From an uncultured virus (IMG/VR IMGVR_UViG_2912869438_000005) (Duplodnaviria; Heunggongvirae; Uroviricota; Caudoviricetes): DNA of 20,000 bases. The position numbers were made by a program, and so were the translations under genes. Below, in pieces: positions 16,635 through 20,000 of this stretch (the stretch's first letter is position 1; each line of letters starts with the position of its first letter). The DNA lies in IMG/VR virus record IMGVR_UViG_2912869438_000005, positions 107,461-127,460 of that record; one strand, 5' to 3'. The notes under the pieces were generated by a model. It worked only from the letters and a program-made list of their open reading frames with translations. It had not been told where the DNA came from and did not search any database.

Positions 16635-17450
16635 ATGAAAATTGATTATGTATCAGATCTCCATATCAATCATTGGATTCCTTGGAATGTAAATCAGATC
16701 AAGTGGGAGAAGCAAACAAGGGAAATCGTAAATAGGTTGATCTCAAACGGTAATGGGGAGGTGTTGGTCATTGCTGGTGATTTTACTGAATGGAATCAAC
16801 AAGCCATTTGGGTTTTAGATGAAGTAGCAAAACAGTACGAGAAGGTTTACTTCACATATGGAAATCATGATCTTTATTTACTCAGTAAAAGTCAAAAAAG
16901 AAAATACTCTGATTCATTAGGCAGGGTGAATGATCTAATCAAAAAGGCTGCTGACATGAAGAATGTGACTCCGTTAGTCAAGTCAACGGATACATACAAA
17001 GGAAAAGTCTTTGCAGGAGATGTTATGTGGTATTTGCCAAAAGGAATTGAAGGGTGGGATTTCTTCAAAGGAGTCTCTAATGATTCAAACTACATTAGCA
17101 TTAATGGTTACAGTAAAGAAGATGGAGTAAGAGCAATGTGGAAAGATTCGATGGATTGGTATGAAACGCTCGAAAACACTCATGTCGATGTGTTTGTTTC
17201 TCACGTCCCACCTGTTCACAATCCTTATTCTCCATTTGAGCCTAACAGTTGTTATATGGTCGATGTACCATTCATTAACGCTAAGCATTGGATTTGTGGG
17301 CATGAACATTTACAAACTGAGTTTGCGAAAGAGGGAGCAAGCTTTCATATGAACTGTATAGGCTATCCATATGACTATGATAAGTATCCTAGCGTAAGTG
17401 AGGAAGCGGATATCTATAAAACGTTTGAAGTCAAAACTTTTGAGATTTAA
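16635..17450 (+). CDS. yotB: calcineurin-like metallophosphoesterase
   Basis: SDLH, IAGD, GNHD, SHVPP, CGHEH motifs; adjacent to sspC as in SPbeta. Confidence 0.9.
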   Translation: MKIDYVSDLHINHWIPWNVNQIKWEKQTREIVNRLISNGNGEVLVIAGDFTEWNQQAIWVLDEVAKQYEKVYFTYGNHDLYLLSKSQKRKYSDSLGRVNDLIKKAADMKNVTPLVKSTDTYKGKVFAGDVMWYLPKGIEGWDFFKGVSNDSNYISINGYSKEDGVRAMWKDSMDWYETLENTHVDVFVSHVPPVHNPYSPFEPNSCYMVDVPFINAKHWICGHEHLQTEFAKEGASFHMNCIGYPYDYDKYPSVSEEADIYKTFEVKTFEI

Positions 17451-17498
17451 ATTTGATTGAATGAAATTCTAATTTTATTAAGAAGAGAGGTGCAATAG

Positions 17499-17678
17499 AT
17501 GAGTTGGGGTATATCATCAAATGCGGCAAATAAAGAGAAATTGAAGGCTGAAATGGCTGATTACCTAAATGGTTTAAATTCAACAGGGATAATGAGTTAT
17601 GAAGTATACAGTGAGGCATTGAGTGTCTCTATGAAATTACTTGACAAAATGTATGACTTAGGAAAGTTTGAAAAATGA
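17499..17678 (+). CDS. hypothetical protein, 59 aa (MSWGISSNAANKEKLKAEMADYL...)
   Basis: Manual translation; GAGGTG RBS; bracketed by two palindromic motifs. Confidence 0.75.
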   Translation: MSWGISSNAANKEKLKAEMADYLNGLNSTGIMSYEVYSEALSVSMKLLDKMYDLGKFEK

Positions 17679-17719
17679 CTTGATAAAATATTGATTTCAT
17701 TTAGAAAGGTGGAAAAGTA

Positions 17720-17893
17720 TTGACCGTTACAGCTTGGATTTTGTTGATTATGTTTGGTTTATTCGCCTTATCAGATTTGAACTTAACTGAAGATGAAACA
17801 AAGCATATCAAGTTCTTCATAATAATGAAATTTGTTTCTGTCTTTATAGCTGCTATAGCTGCAGGCGTGATTTGGGGAGGGCTATTTCAATGA
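17720..17893 (+). CDS. small two-TM membrane protein, 57 aa (YotH-like)
   Basis: [20 protein letters not shown]...[34 protein letters not shown] start. Confidence 0.78.
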   Translation: MTVTAWILLIMFGLFALSDLNLTEDETKHIKFFIIMKFVSVFIAAIAAGVIWGGLFQ

Positions 17894-17952
17894 GATTAAT
17901 AAGGAGAATGACCGTTAATCTGCTTAATTAAAAATAAGACAGGAGTGGTGGA

Positions 17953-18309
17953 ATGATTCTCAAATGGATAGAAAATAAGGAGAAGAATAAGTTGATGGAT
18001 GAGCTAAGTACTTTCATCGACAATCTGATGGGTGAAAGAGATTCACTTGCAGAAAAGCTGAGGAACTTCAAAAAAGATGAAGAAATCTCTAAATTGTTAA
18101 AAGAAAACGAGAGTCTTAGAATTAACAGCCTTCATACATTATCTGAAAAAGAAAGGGAGGAAGCGGATGCTTTTAGGGAAGAACATTGGAAAAAATGTAA
18201 AGGTAACACATCTTTTCTTTTAACAGGTGCAAGTATTGGTACAAGAGTAGAGGTGATTTGCTCAAAATGTAAAACCCAAAAAGACATCACAGACATTAGT
18301 GTGTGGTAA
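17953..18309 (+). CDS. hypothetical protein, coiled coil plus Cys cluster, 118 aa
   Basis: AGGAG RBS; HWKKC...CSKC. Confidence 0.82.
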   Translation: MILKWIENKEKNKLMDELSTFIDNLMGERDSLAEKLRNFKKDEEISKLLKENESLRINSLHTLSEKEREEADAFREEHWKKCKGNTSFLLTGASIGTRVEVICSKCKTQKDITDISVW

Positions 18310-18336
18310 AGAATAATTTATTTCGAGGTGAATAAA

Positions 18337-18564
18337 ATGGAGAAAGTTTATAAAGCAGAATTTTATATTACAGATATGTCTAATGAATTTTACAGTGTTG
18401 ATGATCTTAAAGAAAAAATTGAAGAATCGCCAACATTCAGGTGGGCACTTGTTCATGTTTCAGATGTTAAAGAATCCGAAGAATTTGAGTGGGATGATGA
18501 TTTGAAAATTAACAATATTGCGGCTACAACAGAAGATCATGAAAAGTATTTCAAGGGAAGATGA
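18337..18564 (+). CDS. hypothetical acidic protein, 75 aa
   Basis: GAGGTG RBS favours ATG 18337. Confidence 0.78.
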   Translation: MEKVYKAEFYITDMSNEFYSVDDLKEKIEESPTFRWALVHVSDVKESEEFEWDDDLKINNIAATTEDHEKYFKGR

Positions 18565-18608
18565 AAAATTTATGTCTTTCAAAAAAAGAATAATTAAAAG
18601 GAGTATAA

Positions 18609-19061
18609 ATGATGGATGTAATTGATGAATTTAAAGGTAAGTATTATTTCTTAAGCAATTTCTATTCAGCACCAGTTATGTATCAAGGAATCACATATCA
18701 AAATAATGAAGCAGCTTTTCAAGCAATGAAAGTGACAGACAAATCAATTCACTTGGAGTTTTCAGATTTACCTCCTAATCTAGCAAAAAGGAAAGGGCGT
18801 AGAGTTAAACTGAGGCCGGATTGGGAAGAAGTCAAAGAAACGTATATGTATGAGATCGTGAAAGCTAAATTTGAACAAAATGATCAACTCAAGAATCGAC
18901 TTTTACAAACTGGGGAATCAACTTTAATAGAAGGAAATACTTGGGGAGACAGAGTATGGGGAGCTTGTAACGGAATTGGAGAAAACAAACTTGGAAAAAT
19001 TTTAATGAGAGTCAGAAAAGAACTGAAGGAGGTTTCACATGGAGGAAAGCAATCAACTTGA
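18609..19061 (+). CDS. NADAR (YbiA-like) family protein
   Basis: FLSNFY, EAAFQAMK, AKRKGR, DWEEVK, KFEQN, LIEGNTWGDRVWG, GENKLGKILMRVR. Confidence 0.92.
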   Translation: MMDVIDEFKGKYYFLSNFYSAPVMYQGITYQNNEAAFQAMKVTDKSIHLEFSDLPPNLAKRKGRRVKLRPDWEEVKETYMYEIVKAKFEQNDQLKNRLLQTGESTLIEGNTWGDRVWGACNGIGENKLGKILMRVRKELKEVSHGGKQST

Positions 19062-19218
19062 ATCGCTTTTCAACAAGATTCAGAGAAAACTAGATACCGC
19101 GAAAGAAGCTGTATCGGGCAATGATTATCTAAGAGCCAACAGAAATCTAATTAACCTTGCAAACGATAATGAGGAACTAATGTATCAATGTAGGTTGGCC
19201 ATGAAAAGAGTGGACTAA
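19039..19218 (+). CDS. hypothetical helical protein, 59 aa (MEESNQLESLFNKIQRKLD...)
   Basis: Manual translation; AAGGAGG RBS within the NADAR 3' end. Confidence 0.78.
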   Translation: MEESNQLESLFNKIQRKLDTAKEAVSGNDYLRANRNLINLANDNEELMYQCRLAMKRVD

Positions 19219-19260
19219 ACAAAAAGATGAATTAAAAGAACTAAATTGGAGAGTGGTTAA

Positions 19261-19851
19261 TTGGCAGCAACCAATCAAGGTAAAGTATTTGAAGCGAATG
19301 TTGAAAAATCAGCAAAAGATCAGAGTATATTCTTTTACAGAATTAAAGATGTTAATCCAATGTTTTTAAAGAGAGGGACTGCAGTATCCAAAAATAAATA
19401 CGATTGTTTCATTCATTATAAGGGGTACTTGTTCCCTGTTGAGATGAAGTCGACAAAGAATAAGTCATTCTCGTTCAGCGAGAAAATTATAAAGCCTCAG
19501 CAAATCAAATATCTTGCTGAAGCAGCCAAATACCCATACATAATCCCTGGTTTTTTGTTTCAATTCAGGGAACCAGAAAATAAAGTGTATTTCGTACACA
19601 TTGATGAATTCCTTACATATAAACATATAGCTGAAAATCAGTTAGAACATACATACGAGAATAAAGTTAATAAATCAAGTATTCCGATCAACATCTGTGA
19701 AGAGATTGGAACTGAAGTCAGATGGATGAAGAAGAAAGTCAATTATACATATTACTTAAACAAGCTCTGTGATGAGCTTATAAAACAGTACGGTCATAAG
19801 ACAAGATTTGAACCACATACCCTTTTGAAAAGGGGTGGTGATGCTTATTGA
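19261..19851 (+). CDS. yotM: RecU-like Holliday junction resolvase (PD-(D/E)XK)
   Basis: NQGKVFE, YDC, VEMKST, QIKYL motifs; position as in SPbeta. Confidence 0.85.
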   Translation: MAATNQGKVFEANVEKSAKDQSIFFYRIKDVNPMFLKRGTAVSKNKYDCFIHYKGYLFPVEMKSTKNKSFSFSEKIIKPQQIKYLAEAAKYPYIIPGFLFQFREPENKVYFVHIDEFLTYKHIAENQLEHTYENKVNKSSIPINICEEIGTEVRWMKKKVNYTYYLNKLCDELIKQYGHKTRFEPHTLLKRGGDAY

Positions 19852-20000
19852 AATATGTTCCTGGAGTAAGATATGAGCTTGAAAGAGACAGTAGCCCAAA
19901 TTGTATTCTGATTTTTAAAAATGAGCCGAATTACGATCTTATGGCAGATGCCTTTATAAATTTATATTATAGACTTAAAATAAAAGGAGCAGTGGATTGA
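19848..20000 (+). CDS. small protein, 50 aa, at the yotN/sprB position
   Basis: GGGGTGGTG RBS, TTG start overlapping the upstream stop; TGA at 19998-20000. Confidence 0.65.
   Translation: MKYVPGVRYELERDSSPNCILIFKNEPNYDLMADAFINLYYRLKIKGAVD

Larger units (their letters stand above)
1..20000 (+). mobile_element. SPbeta-like Bacillus prophage/phage segment (yos-yot region)
   Basis: Gene order yosL-like, nrdI, nrdE (intron+intein), nrdF, redoxin, dUTPase, thyA, sspC, metallophosphoesterase, RecU-like; dense co-oriented small ORFs with Bacillus-type RBSs. Confidence 0.93.

Noticed and set aside
14705..18456. Antisense or alternative-frame ORFs within the 354-aa gene, yotB and yot genes
   Set aside because: Shadows of supported + strand CDSs.

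Overview
This is a 20-kb AT-rich stretch of an SPbeta-like Bacillus (pro)phage, the yos/yot region, almost all on the + strand. It carries a nucleotide-metabolism module: nrdI; nrdE split by a 249-nt ORF-less group I intron and a 385-aa LAGLIDADG intein; three small inserted ORFs; an uninterrupted nrdF; a free-standing HNH-type endonuclease; an NrdH/thioredoxin-like redoxin; dUTPase; and thymidylate synthase. Also present are sspC with a sigma-G promoter, a metallophosphoesterase, a NADAR protein, a RecU-like resolvase and many small accessory ORFs, several missing from the ORF track. The most notable unexplained signals are (i) a minus-strand two-gene cassette directly behind two tandem NrdR-like boxes, (ii) a recurring intergenic 6-6-6 inverted repeat (ATRAAA-N6-TTTYAT) at gene-cassette junctions, twice coinciding with apparently truncated genes, and (iii) a YosL-type MazE mimic whose N-terminal half resembles PGDYG/sponge-like phage proteins. 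Family assignments come from recalled motifs and SPbeta gene order, not from database searches.
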